DNA of 64,000 bases from Sphingomonadales bacterium. GTDB lineage: Bacteria > Pseudomonadota > Alphaproteobacteria > Sphingomonadales > Sphingomonadaceae. The stretch is from assembly GCA_038245375.1 (NCBI GenBank), contig JBBRSN010000001.1, positions 23,930-87,929 of the forward strand, read 5' to 3'. A program made the position numbers and the translations under genes. The notes beneath the pieces are model-generated. The model worked only from the letters and a program-made list of their open reading frames with translations, was not told where the DNA came from and ran no database searches. Below are positions 1-8,936 of this stretch, one piece after another. How positions within the stretch are numbered: the first letter of the stretch is position 1; each line of letters starts with the position of its first letter.

Positions 1-1
1 C

Positions 2-1723
2 AATGCCTGCCTGCTTACTGGCCGCCAGCTCAACGAGATCAAGGTCGCGGTCAATGGCGCGGGGGCGGCGGCGATCGCCTGCACCGAACTGATGAAGGCA
101 ATGGGCGTGCGGCATGAGAATGTCATCATGTGCGACCGCCAGGGCGTGATCTACCAGGGCCGCGAAGAGGGCATGGACCAGTGGAAGTCGGCGCACGCGG
201 CGAAAACCGACAAGCGCACGCTGGAAGAGGCGCTCGACGGTGCCGACGTGTTCCTCGGCCTGTCGGCGGCGGGCGCGCTCAAGCCCGAGATGGTGATGAA
301 GATGGCCAGGGCGCCGATCATCTTCGCGATGGCCAATCCGACCCCGGAAATCCTGCCCGAGCTGGCCAAGGCGGCGCGGCCGGATGCGATCATCGCGACG
401 GGGCGATCGGATTATCCCAACCAGGTCAACAATGTCCTCGGATTTCCCTTTATTTTCCGCGGTGCGCTCGACGTTCGTGCAACGGGAATCAACGATACGA
501 TGAAGATTGCCGCCGCCAACGCCATTGCCGAGCTGGCGCGCGAGCAGGTGCCGGAGGAAGTCGCGCTGGCCTATGGCGTGCGTTATACCTTCGGACCGGA
601 GTACATCATCCCGGCGCCGTTCGACCCGCGGCTGATGGAGCTGATCCCCGCCGCCGTCGCCAAGGCGGCGATGGATTCGGGCGTGGCGACCAAGCCGATC
701 CTCGACATGGCGGCGTACCGGCACGAGCTGCGCGCGCGGCTCAACCCGACGACTTCGGTGCTGAGCCTCGCCTATGACGGTGCGCGGGCGCACCCCAAGC
801 GCGTGCTGTTCGCGGAAGGGGAGGAGGAAGTGGTGCTGCGCGCGGCGATCGCGTTCCGCGAGGGCGGCTACGGCACCCCGGTGCTGGTCGGGCGCGACGA
901 CGTGCCCGAGCGGCTGCGCGCGCTGGGCGTGACCGACCCCGAGACCTATGAGTTGCACAACAGCCGCACCTCGACGCTGGTGCCGAAGATGGTCGATTTC
1001 CTCTACGAGCGGCTGCAGCGGCGTGGCTTCCTGCGGCGCGACTGCGAGCGGATGATCAACCAGGACCGCAACATCTTCGGTGCGGTGCTGCTGCAGCTCG
1101 GCGAGGCCGATGCGATGATCACCGGCATCACGCGGACCTATGCCCACACCATGCGCGAGGTGCGCAAGGTGATCGACCCGCTGGCCGGGCGGACGGCGTT
1201 CGGCATCCACCTGATGGTCGGCAAGGCGCATACCGTGTTCATGGCCGACACGACGATCAACGAGCGGCCGAGCGCCGAGGAACTGGCCGACATCGCCGAA
1301 GGCACGGCGGCGGTGGCGCGGCGCATGGGGCATGAGCCGCGCGTGGCGTTCCTGAGCTATTCGACCTTCGGCAACCCCGAAGGCAAATGGCTGGAGAATC
1401 TGCGCGATGCGGTGACGGTACTCGATCGGCGCAAGGTGAGCTTCGAATATGAGGGCGAGATGGCGCCGGACGTTGCGCTCAACCCCCGGCAGCTGGCGAA
1501 CTATCCGTTCGCGCGGCTGTCGGGCCCGGCCAATGTGCTGATCATGCCGGGGCTGCAGAGCGCCAATATCTCGGCCAAGCTGCTGCGCGAACTGGGCGGC
1601 GACGCGGTGATCGGGCCGATGCTGGTCGGCATGGAAAAGCCGGTGCAGATCGCACCGATGACCTCGACCGCGGGCGAACTGGTGACGCTGGCGGTGCTCG
1701 CGGCCGGCGGGATCGCGCGGTAG
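2..1723 (+). CDS. maeB: NADP-dependent malic enzyme, 5'-truncated at the window edge, with C-terminal phosphate-acetyltransferase-like domain
   Basis: The frame is open from the window start (NACLLTGRQLNEIKVAVNGAGAAAIAC...). It carries the malic-enzyme NAD(P) domain (ANPTPEI, YPNQVNNVLGFPFIFRGALD) followed by a long PTA-like C-terminus. Confidence 0.9.
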   Translation, partial: NACLLTGRQLNEIKVAVNGAGAAAIACTELMKAMGVRHENVIMCDRQGVIYQGREEGMDQWKSAHAAKTDKRTLEEALDGADVFLGLSAAGALKPEMVMKMARAPIIFAMANPTPEILPELAKAARPDAIIATGRSDYPNQVNNVLGFPFIFRGALDVRATGINDTMKIAAANAIAELAREQVPEEVALAYGVRYTFGPEYIIPAPFDPRLMELIPAAVAKAAMDSGVATKPILDMAAYRHELRARLNPTTSVLSLAYDGARAHPKRVLFAEGEEEVVLRAAIAFREGGYGTPVLVGRDDVPERLRALGVTDPETYELHNSRTSTLVPKMVDFLYERLQRRGFLRRDCERMINQDRNIFGAVLLQLGEADAMITGITRTYAHTMREVRKVIDPLAGRTAFGIHLMVGKAHTVFMADTTINERPSAEELADIAEGTAAVARRMGHEPRVAFLSYSTFGNPEGKWLENLRDAVTVLDRRKVSFEYEGEMAPDVALNPRQLANYPFARLSGPANVLIMPGLQSANISAKLLRELGGDAVIGPMLVGMEKPVQIAPMTSTAGELVTLAVLAAGGIAR

Positions 1724-1732
1724 CATTCCTAA

Positions 1733-1753
1733 TCCTCCCCGGCACGGGGAGGA
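1733..1753 (+). terminator. GC-rich hairpin just after the maeB stop (TCCTCCCC-GGCA-CGGGGAGGA), no U-tract
   Basis: Perfect 8-9 bp stem read directly from the sequence. It resembles the small hairpin unit of repeat family E. Confidence 0.4.
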
Positions 1754-1803
1754 ATGAGAGCCGGTCAGCTTGCATACAGCATCGGCGTGCCAATATTGTC
1801 GCC

Positions 1804-2439
1804 ATGCTCGACTATCTCAGCGCTCATGCGACGTTGATCCTGCTGGTGGCGATGGGTGTCGTCGTCGTGGCGACGCTGCAGCGCGCGCCGATCCTCGGGC
1901 GTTTCGTGTCGTTCGCGATCATGGCGGCGTCGCTGGGGTTCGTCGTGCTGCTCGTCGGGCAGCGTGCGCGGTTCGACCCGGCGTTCGCGCGGATCGCGCA
2001 GACCTTCCATATCGGCGAACGTCAGCAGGAAGCGGTCGGCAAGGAATTGCGCGTGCCGATGGCGAGCGACGGGCATTTCTGGGTGCGCGTGAAGATCGGC
2101 AAGATCGAGCGGCGCATGCTGGTCGACAGTGGCGCGACGATCACGGCGATCTCGAGCGATACCGCCGAGCAGGCCGGGCTGTTCCCCGACGATGCGCCGT
2201 TCCCGATGGTGGTGCGCACCGCCAATGGCGCGGTCAACGCGCAGACCGCGACGGTGCCCGAGGTGCGGATCGGCAATGTCGTCGCGCGCGACCTGCCGGT
2301 CGTGGTGTCGCCGGCGTTCGGCGACATGGACGTGATCGGGATGAACTTCCTGTCGCGGCTCAAATCGTGGCGGGTCGAGGGGCAGACGATGGTGCTGGTG
2401 CCGCATCATCCGGTGGGGGTTGCGGCGGACGCGACCTAA
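1804..2439 (+). CDS. Membrane-anchored retropepsin-like (clan AA, TIGR02281-type) aspartic protease
   Basis: Hydrophobic N-terminal segments followed by the MLVDSGATITAIS active-site motif (D-S/T-G). Confidence 0.75.
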   Translation: MLDYLSAHATLILLVAMGVVVVATLQRAPILGRFVSFAIMAASLGFVVLLVGQRARFDPAFARIAQTFHIGERQQEAVGKELRVPMASDGHFWVRVKIGKIERRMLVDSGATITAISSDTAEQAGLFPDDAPFPMVVRTANGAVNAQTATVPEVRIGNVVARDLPVVVSPAFGDMDVIGMNFLSRLKSWRVEGQTMVLVPHHPVGVAADAT

Positions 2440-2441
2440 TT

Positions 2442-2623
2442 TCCCTCTCCCCTTGTGGGAGAGGGAAGGGGCCCATCGCGCAGCGATGGGAAGGGTGAGG
2501 GGGACTGACGCGGATGTCTCGTTCCGGACTCCCCCTCATCCGGCGCTGCGCGCCACCCGTTTTGTCGCGTGCCGGGTCAATCATGCCCCCGGCATGATTG
2601 AGAAATGCTCCGGGGGAGCATTT
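2442..2623. repeat. Cluster of GC-rich hairpins (family E-like copy E1 plus two extra palindromes)
   Basis: Hairpins read: TCCCTCTCCCC-TTGT-GGGAGAGGGA, CCCATCGC-GCA-GCGATGGG, GAGGGGGA...TCCCCCTC, CAATCATGCC-CCC-GGCATGATTG (2578-2600) and AAATGCTCC-GGG-GGAGCATTT (2603-2623). They lie between convergent genes. Confidence 0.6.
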
Positions 2624-2664
2624 CGACCCGTCACGCGCCAAAACGCCCACAAGGGGAGAAGGAC

Positions 2665-3453
2665 CTACGCGTCGATCGACGTGCCCAGCGACGCGTTCAC
2701 CAGGCCACCGTCGCAGACGATCGTGTCGCCGACGATATAGTCGCCGGCGCGGCTGGCGAGGAAGATCGCGGTGCCGGCCATGTCCTCGGCGTCGCCGATG
2801 CGGCGCGACGGGATGCCCTTGGCGACTTCGTCGCCATGGTCGCGCGCGGCGCGATTCATTTCGGAAGCGAAGGCGCCGGGCGCGATGGAGGTGACGTTGA
2901 TCGAGTCGGTGATCAGCCGCGCGGCCATGCGCTTGGTCAGGTAGATCAGCGCCGATTTCGAGGCGTGATAACTATAGGTATCCCACGGGTTGAGCCGCAG
3001 GCCGTCGATCGAGGTGATGTTGATTACCTTGGCCGGGCGCTGGTGGCTGGCGGCGGCCTTGAGCGCGCCGTGGAGCTTCTGCGTCAGGAAGAAGGGCGAC
3101 TTGACGTTGAGGTCCATGACCTTGTCCCAGCCGACCTCGGAGAATTCCTCGAACGGCACGCCCCAGGCGGCGCCGGCATTGTTGACGAGGATGTCGAGCT
3201 TCGTCTCGTGCTCGGCGAATTGCTCGGCCAGCGCGGCGCAGCCGGCGACGCTGGAAATGTCCTGCGGCAGGGCGATGCAGTTGGGGCCGAGCTCGGCGGC
3301 GGTTTCCTCGCACGCGGCGGCCTTGCGCGACGAGATGTATACCTTGGCGCCCTGCGCGATGAAGCCGGCGGCGATCATCTTGCCGATGCCGCGGCTGCCG
3401 CCGGTGACGAGCGCGACGCGACCGTCGAGGCGGAACAGGTTGGTGGTGTCCAT
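2665..3453 (-). CDS. SDR-family oxidoreductase
   Basis: Internal ATG at 3453 (MDTTNLFRLDGRVALVTGGSRGIG). Has the TGxxxGxG Rossmann motif and YxxxK (SYHASKSAL). The upstream part of the 372-aa ORF reads through repeat E2 and is not coding. Confidence 0.85.
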   Translation of the reverse strand: MDTTNLFRLDGRVALVTGGSRGIGKMIAAGFIAQGAKVYISSRKAAACEETAAELGPNCIALPQDISSVAGCAALAEQFAEHETKLDILVNNAGAAWGVPFEEFSEVGWDKVMDLNVKSPFFLTQKLHGALKAAASHQRPAKVINITSIDGLRLNPWDTYSYHASKSALIYLTKRMAARLITDSINVTSIAPGAFASEMNRAARDHGDEVAKGIPSRRIGDAEDMAGTAIFLASRAGDYIVGDTIVCDGGLVNASLGTSIDA

Positions 3454-3474
3454 TTTCTTCTCCTTGCTTCTTCT

Positions 3475-3592
3475 CCCTCTACCCGTTGGGGAGAGGGTCG
3501 GGGAGAGGGGCAGTCCAGAACGCAACGTTCGCGTGACTGCCCCTCTCCCGGCTTCGCTTCGCTCGCCACCCTCTCCCCGGAGGAGAGAGGGG
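3475..3592. repeat. Family E tripartite palindromic element, copy E2 (small hairpin, long hairpin, small hairpin)
   Basis: CCCTCTACCC-GTT-GGGGAGAGGG; GGGAGAGGGGCAGT...ACTGCCCCTCTCCC; CCCTCTCCCC-GGA-GGAGAGAGGG. It sits between the acyl-CoA dehydrogenase and SDR genes of one minus-strand unit. Confidence 0.65.
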
Positions 3593-3598
3593 TAATAG

Positions 3599-4744
3599 TC
3601 ATCCCCCGCGCTTGATCGTCTCTCGCGCGATGATGATCTGCTGGATCTGGCTGGTGCCTTCGTAGATGCGGAACAGCCGGACGTCGCGGTAGAGCCGTTC
3701 GATGCCGTAATCGGCGATATAGCCGGCGCCGCCATAGATCTGCACCGCGCGGTCGGCGACGCGGCCGACCATTTCGCTGGCATAATATTTCGCCGCGGCC
3801 GATTCCATCACGACGTCCTTGCCGGCATCCTTGGCATGGGCCGTTTCGAGGACCAGCGCGCGCGCGGCGAGCGCCTCGGTCTTGCTGTCGGCGATCATGC
3901 CCTGGATCAGCTGGTGCTCGGCGATCGGTTTGCCGAACTGGCTGCGCGTGGTGGCATAGGCGACGCAGTCGGCGATCAACCGCTCGGCGACGCCGACGCA
4001 CACCGAGGCGATGTGCAGCCGGCCGCGATCGAGCACGCGCATCGCGATCTTGAAGCCTTCCCCTTCCGCGCCAAGCCGGTTGGCGGCGGGGACGGCAACG
4101 TCGTCGAAATTGACGTCGGCGACCTTGGCGCCCTTTTGCCCCATCTTCTTCTCGGGCTCGCCGATCGATATGCCGGGCAGATCGCGCGGCACGAGAAAGG
4201 CCGAGACGCCGCGCGCGCCGGCTTCCGGCCCGGTGCGCGCCATGACGGTGAACAGGTCGGCCTTGTCGGCATTGGTGATGTAGCGCTTGGTGCCGGTCAG
4301 GCGATAGACGTCGCCGTCCTTGACCGCGCGTGTCTTTACCGCGCCCGAATCGCTGCCGACATCAGGTTCGGTCAGCGCGAAGCTGGTGACGATCTCGCCG
4401 CTGGCGATGCGCGGCAGCCACTGCGCCTTCTGTTCGGGCGTGCCGGCCATCACCAGCCCCTGGCTGCCGATGCCGACATTGGTGCCGAAGGTCGAGCGGA
4501 AGGCGGGCGTGGTGCGACCCATCTCGATGCCGATGCGCGCCTCCTCGTACATGGTCAGGCCGAGCCCGCCATATTCTTCGGCGATCGACAGGCCGAACAG
4601 ACCCATGTCGCGCATCTCGGCGACGATATCGGCGGGGATCGCATCGTCCGCCTCGACTTGCGCCTCGAGCGGTCGGAGCCGCTCGGCGACGAAGCGGCGC
4701 ACCGTATCGATCAGCGCGTCAAAGGTTTCGGGGTCGAGTGCCAT
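3599..4744 (-). CDS. Acyl-CoA dehydrogenase
   Basis: 381 aa with typical ACAD layout and C-terminal YRDVRLFRIYEGTSQIQQIIIAR. Confidence 0.9.
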   Translation of the reverse strand: MALDPETFDALIDTVRRFVAERLRPLEAQVEADDAIPADIVAEMRDMGLFGLSIAEEYGGLGLTMYEEARIGIEMGRTTPAFRSTFGTNVGIGSQGLVMAGTPEQKAQWLPRIASGEIVTSFALTEPDVGSDSGAVKTRAVKDGDVYRLTGTKRYITNADKADLFTVMARTGPEAGARGVSAFLVPRDLPGISIGEPEKKMGQKGAKVADVNFDDVAVPAANRLGAEGEGFKIAMRVLDRGRLHIASVCVGVAERLIADCVAYATTRSQFGKPIAEHQLIQGMIADSKTEALAARALVLETAHAKDAGKDVVMESAAAKYYASEMVGRVADRAVQIYGGAGYIADYGIERLYRDVRLFRIYEGTSQIQQIIIARETIKRGG

Positions 4745-4852
4745 GGCGGAGGCTCGCTTTTCCTGCTCGTGGTTCTTTGTCGCTGCGAGGGTTAGTCAGT
4801 GGCGCCGCGTCGGGCAAGCGCTGCGCAAACCTAAAATTCGAAAGTCGCGCGA

Positions 4853-4880
4853 TTGACGGGGCTCAACCCCATACTATGGT
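4853..4880 (+). promoter_or_regulatory. Candidate sigma70-type promoter (TTGACG-N16-TATGGT) for the SDR/transporter pair
   Basis: The hexamers were read in the divergent intergenic region, about 27 nt upstream of the ATG at 4907. This is pattern match only. Confidence 0.25.
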
Positions 4881-4906
4881 CGTCAAAACGAAATCAGGAG
4901 AGCGTA

Positions 4907-5737
4907 ATGCGTTTTGCGGGCAAGCGTGCCGTGGTGACCGGCGGCGCCTCGGGAATCGGCCGGGCGACGGTCCAGCGTCTGGTCGACGAGGGCGCCGAGG
5001 TGTGGATCGGCGACATCGATTCGGACGGCGGGCAGGCGATCGCCGAGAGCTCGAACGGGCGGGTGCATTTTCGTCGCACCGATGTGTGCGAGGCGGGTGA
5101 CATCGCCGCGCTGATCGAAGCGGCCGATGCCGCAGGCGGGCTCGACATATTGTTCAACAATGCCGGGGCGGGCGGATCGCGCGAGCGGATCGACGCGATT
5201 TCGCCCGATGAATGGGACCGCACCCAGGCGTTGCTGCTGCGCTCGGTCGCGCTGGGCATCCGCTACGCCGCGCCGCTGATGGCCAGGCGTGGCGGCGGGG
5301 CGATCGTCAACACGTCGAGCGTCTCGGCGCTGGGCAGCGGCTATGCGCCGACCGCCTATTCGGTCGCCAAGGCCGGCGTGCTGCACCTGACCAGGGTTGC
5401 GGCGGCCGATCTCGCCAGGCACCGGATCCGCGTCAATGCGGTGGTGCCCGGCTTTATCACGACGGGCATCTTCACCGCCTCGTTCGATCTCGATGCCGAG
5501 AAGCAGGCGATGGCCGATGCGGCGATCGCCGGGGTCGCAGCGAACGCGCAGCCGGTGCAGCGCGCCGGCCGGCCCGAGGATATCGCGGCGGCGGTGGCGT
5601 TTCTCGCCAGCGAGGATGCCGGGTTCATCACGGGGACGCACATCCTGGTCGATGGCGGGATGCTGATCGGCACGCGGGCGAGTTGGGACGATACGCAGCC
5701 GAGCCTGTTCGCCGTGCTCGACGGCATCGCCGGGTGA
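4907..5737 (+). CDS. SDR-family oxidoreductase
   Basis: ATG at 4907 preceded by AGGAGAG. Has VTGGASGIGRA and YSVAKAG (YxxxK). Confidence 0.85.
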   Translation: MRFAGKRAVVTGGASGIGRATVQRLVDEGAEVWIGDIDSDGGQAIAESSNGRVHFRRTDVCEAGDIAALIEAADAAGGLDILFNNAGAGGSRERIDAISPDEWDRTQALLLRSVALGIRYAAPLMARRGGGAIVNTSSVSALGSGYAPTAYSVAKAGVLHLTRVAAADLARHRIRVNAVVPGFITTGIFTASFDLDAEKQAMADAAIAGVAANAQPVQRAGRPEDIAAAVAFLASEDAGFITGTHILVDGGMLIGTRASWDDTQPSLFAVLDGIAG

Positions 5738-7200
5738 GCGCCGCGCCGCTTGCCGTGCCGCCGCCGCGCCAGCTGGGCCCGCGCAGCCGCTGGTCGTTCG
5801 GGGTCGGGTCGATCGCTTACGGCATCAAGGACAGCGGTTTCGCGACCTTCCTGCTGCTGTTCTACAACCAGGTGATCGGGCTGCCTTCGGCGGCGGTCGG
5901 GCTGGCGGTTGGGGCGGCGCTGATCGTCGAGGCGTTCGTCGACCCGTTGGTCGGCTATCTCTCGGATCACACGCGCGGAAAATGGGGGCGGCGCCATCCG
6001 TGGATGTATGCCTCGGCGATTCCGGTGGCGGTCGGCTGGTGGCTGTTGTGGAACCCGCCGCACTGGCAGCAGGGGCCGTTGCTGCTCTACGTCTTCGCGA
6101 CCGCTCTGATGGTGCGGATCGCGCTGTCGACCTTCGAGATTCCGTCATCGGCGCTCGGGCCCGAACTCACCTCCGACTATGACGAGCGCACGCGGCTGTT
6201 CTCGTACCGCTATCTGTTCGGCTGGGGCGGCGGATTGGTGATGCTGTTCCTGGCGTATAATGTCTTTCTCGTTCCCGCGAGCCCCGACGCCGTCGGCCTC
6301 GCGATTGATCGTGATGGCTATCGCTGGATGGCGTTGCTCGGGGCGGTGCTGATGGCAGTGTCGATCATCAGTTCGTCGATCGGGCTCCACCATGAGATCG
6401 ACCGGTTGCCACCGGCGCCACGCGAGGGCGGCACGGTAGGTGATCATTTCGCGTTGTTCCGCAAGACAGTCGCCAACAAGGGCTTTTTGATCCTGATGGC
6501 TGCGGGGTTGTGCGCCTACACCGCGCAAGGCATTTCGTTTGCGCTGTCCAACTACAATTACATGTTTGTCTGGCAGCTGCATGGATTTGCCTTCCGGGTA
6601 TTGCCGCTCGCGTTGATGGTGGGGGCTGTAATCGCCTTCTTCATCGCGCCGGCGCTGACGCGCGGCGGCAACAAGGCGCGGGCGGCGGGATGGCTGTCGG
6701 CGGTCAACGTCGTGTTGCTGATCTCGCCCTATGTGCTGCGCCTGCTCGGCTGGTTTCCCGAGCCACGCATGCCGATGACGCTGCCGATCCTGCTGACGAT
6801 CTGGACGCTCCAGACTGCGGTCGGCGTCGCCGCGTTCATCCTCGGTGCCGCGATGCTCGCCGACGTCGTCGAGGAATCGGAGATTCGCACCGGTCGGCGC
6901 TCGGAAGGCGTGTTCTATGCCGGTGGCTTCTTCGTCCAGAAGCTGTGCGGCGGGCTCGGCATCTTCTTTGCCGGCCAGATCCTCGCCATCGCCGCCTTCC
7001 CACGCGCGGCGGCGCCGGGGACGGTTTCGGTCGGCACGATCGACCGCATGACGATCTGCTTCATCGTCACGATGCTGATCTTCTATGGCGGCGCGGCGTT
7101 GTTCTACGCCTTCTTCCCGTTCGGTCGGGCCGAGCATGAGGCGCGGCTGAAGCAGGCCGCCGCTCGAATCGATGTAGCGATGGAAGGGGCGATTCCGTAG
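5734..7200 (+). CDS. MFS/GPH-family (glycoside-pentoside-hexuronide:cation symporter-like) transporter
   Basis: GTG at 5734 overlaps the SDR stop (GTGA). About 12 hydrophobic segments. Carries the GPH-like motif GYLSDHTRGKWGRRHPWM. Confidence 0.8.
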   Translation: MSAAPLAVPPPRQLGPRSRWSFGVGSIAYGIKDSGFATFLLLFYNQVIGLPSAAVGLAVGAALIVEAFVDPLVGYLSDHTRGKWGRRHPWMYASAIPVAVGWWLLWNPPHWQQGPLLLYVFATALMVRIALSTFEIPSSALGPELTSDYDERTRLFSYRYLFGWGGGLVMLFLAYNVFLVPASPDAVGLAIDRDGYRWMALLGAVLMAVSIISSSIGLHHEIDRLPPAPREGGTVGDHFALFRKTVANKGFLILMAAGLCAYTAQGISFALSNYNYMFVWQLHGFAFRVLPLALMVGAVIAFFIAPALTRGGNKARAAGWLSAVNVVLLISPYVLRLLGWFPEPRMPMTLPILLTIWTLQTAVGVAAFILGAAMLADVVEESEIRTGRRSEGVFYAGGFFVQKLCGGLGIFFAGQILAIAAFPRAAAPGTVSVGTIDRMTICFIVTMLIFYGGAALFYAFFPFGRAEHEARLKQAAARIDVAMEGAIP

Positions 7201-7366
7201 GCTTTGTTGCGGCGCAGCAGACATCGCCCGGCGGGATTCGTCGGTTGGTCGGTATGTAAACACGCTTCGTCCTAAAAGGTTCCCGACGAACCGTTGGCGG
7301 GGTTTGCAGGCGGCCAAGCCGCCTATAACCACACTATCAGCAACCGTTCGGGGGCCGTGGGGTCAC

Positions 7367-7900
7367 ATGAATTTCAAGTCTTTTACAGCGCGTTTCGCGC
7401 TGCTGGTATCGTGCGGCCTGATGACGGCCACTCCGGCGGTCGCGCAATTCTGGCAGTGCGCGCCCTATGCCCGTCAGATTTCAGGCATCGAGATTCACGG
7501 CAACGCCAACACCTGGTGGGGCCAGGCTGCCGGCCATTACGGCCGTGGCCATACCCCACAGGTCGGTGCCGTCCTCGCCTTCGCCGCCAGCAGCCGCATG
7601 CCGCTCGGCCATGTCGCGATGGTCAGCGAAATCGTCAGCGATCGTGAAGTGCTGCTGACCCATGCCAACTGGTCGCGCCGCGGTGGCGTCGAGACCAATG
7701 TCCGCGCGATCGACGTATCGGACGCCGGCGACTGGAGCCGCGTCAAGGTGTGGTACGGCCCGATCGGCGGGCTCGGCACCAGCACCTATGCCGCCAACGG
7801 GTTTATCTATGCCGACCGCGACGAAGACGAGCAGGCGCCGTTCGCGCCGATGGTGATGGCCAGCGCCAACACTTCGAACGGCCACAGCGCCGCGTTCTAG
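7367..7900 (+). CDS. Secreted CHAP-domain protein (putative peptidoglycan amidase/peptidase)
   Basis: Signal peptide MNFKSFTARFALLVSCGLMTATPAVA, a catalytic-type Cys (QCAPYAR) and His (GHVAMV). Confidence 0.75.
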   Translation: MNFKSFTARFALLVSCGLMTATPAVAQFWQCAPYARQISGIEIHGNANTWWGQAAGHYGRGHTPQVGAVLAFAASSRMPLGHVAMVSEIVSDREVLLTHANWSRRGGVETNVRAIDVSDAGDWSRVKVWYGPIGGLGTSTYAANGFIYADRDEDEQAPFAPMVMASANTSNGHSAAF

Positions 7901-7914
7901 TTCACTACGTGCAA

Positions 7915-7992
7915 GTGCTCCTGCGAAAGCAGGAGCCCCGGATTACCGGCCGCTGAGTTTGTGGCTCTGGGCTCCTGCTTTCGCAGGAGCAC
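7915..7992. repeat. Family C palindromic element, full copy C1 (two inverted hairpin arms)
   Basis: GTGCTCCTGCGAAAGCAGGAGCC ... GGCTCCTGCTTTCGCAGGAGCAC, between the convergent CHAP and msrB genes. Likely a bidirectional terminator. Confidence 0.65.
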
Positions 7993-8001
7993 GTATCGCC
8001 C

Positions 8002-8496
8002 TTATGCCACACCCGGTTTGAAACCCAGCGCCACGCCGTTCATGCAATAGCGCAGCCCGGTCGGCTGCGGCCCATCATCGAACACATGGCCGAGATGGCC
8101 GCCGCAACGCCGGCAATGCACCTCGGTCCGCGAAAAGCCGAGCGAGCCGTCCTTGCGCGTACGCACTGCGCCCGCCAGCGGCGCATAGAAGCTCGGCCAA
8201 CCGGTGCCGCTGTCGAACTTGGTCTTCGACGAGAAGTTGGGCAGCCCGCAGCCAGCGCAGAAGAACGTGCCCAGGTGATGTTCGTCGTTGAGCGGACTCG
8301 AATAGGGGCGCTCGGTGTCCTCGTGACGCAGCACCTGATAGGCAGCCGGCGAGAGCTTCTTCTGCCACTGCGCGTCGGTTAGCGTATAGGCGAATCTTTC
8401 CGGAGCGCCGGCGGCGGCGCCGCGGCAGCCGAACAGCGCGAAGGCTGCGCTTCCGGTCGCGGCGATGGTCAGGAAGGTGCGGCGGTCGGGGGTCAT
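8002..8496 (-). CDS. msrB: Peptide-methionine (R)-S-oxide reductase with twin-arginine signal peptide
   Basis: Core motif GTGWPSFY...RTEVHCRRCGGHLGHVFDDGP and two CxxC pairs. The N-terminus MTPDRRTFLTIAATGSAAFALFG fits the Tat consensus. Confidence 0.88.
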   Translation of the reverse strand: MTPDRRTFLTIAATGSAAFALFGCRGAAAGAPERFAYTLTDAQWQKKLSPAAYQVLRHEDTERPYSSPLNDEHHLGTFFCAGCGLPNFSSKTKFDSGTGWPSFYAPLAGAVRTRKDGSLGFSRTEVHCRRCGGHLGHVFDDGPQPTGLRYCMNGVALGFKPGVA

Positions 8497-8611
8497 CGGT
8501 CGGTCCTTTTGAGCCTGTTCGGCATATAGGAACGATCGGTTACAGCGGCAGGATGCAATCGTCGGCGAAAACGGGCCGGAACCACGGTGTGTTTCGCGAA
8601 TTGATGCCGTT

Positions 8612-8893
8612 ATGTTTCAGCAACTTGAACCGCCCATTCCCGTCCATGTGCTCGACAAGGGCGCAGGTTTTGCCTTTGCGGTGATCGATTATGGCCAGGA
8701 ACATAATCTGATCTGGGTCACCGCGATCAACGATACCGGCGAGATCTGGTGCGCACCCAACCCGCGCGTGCGGTTGCAGGCCAACTGGACGATGGGGCGC
8801 AAGAAGCCCGCCGCAGTGGTCGGGCGAGAGCAGGGAGACTGTTCCGGCGCGGGCGAAGCGCTCAAGGTCGAGACGATCGAAAAGCCCAACTGA
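8612..8893 (+). CDS. Small hypothetical protein, 93 aa
   Basis: Coding-like third-position bias. It is the only plus-strand ORF in a lower-GC gap and is followed by a hairpin. I recognise no family. Confidence 0.5.
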   Translation: MFQQLEPPIPVHVLDKGAGFAFAVIDYGQEHNLIWVTAINDTGEIWCAPNPRVRLQANWTMGRKKPAAVVGREQGDCSGAGEALKVETIEKPN

Positions 8894-8895
8894 GT

Positions 8896-8930
8896 TTCCG
8901 GCCTCTCCCCGCTTGCGGAAGAGGCCGGAA
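8896..8930. terminator. Hairpin between convergent genes (TTCCGGCCTCT-loop-AGAGGCCGGAA)
   Basis: 11-bp perfect stem read directly. It lies 3 nt after the small ORF stop and 7 nt from the receptor stop. Confidence 0.5.
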
Positions 8931-8936
8931 CAGGCT

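Noticed and set aside
5212-5733. N-terminal 174-codon extension of the transporter ORF. Similar upstream extensions occur in ORFs 13245-14795, 14477-15673, 16620-17693, 22503-23321, 23376-24458, 30809-32461, 41250-42368, 50446-51921, 54004-55650 and 59001-60329.
   Set aside because: The extensions overlap the preceding gene in another frame or read through repeat elements, and they are Arg-rich. Internal starts giving ATGA/GTGA coupling or good Shine-Dalgarno sequences fit the recognised protein families.
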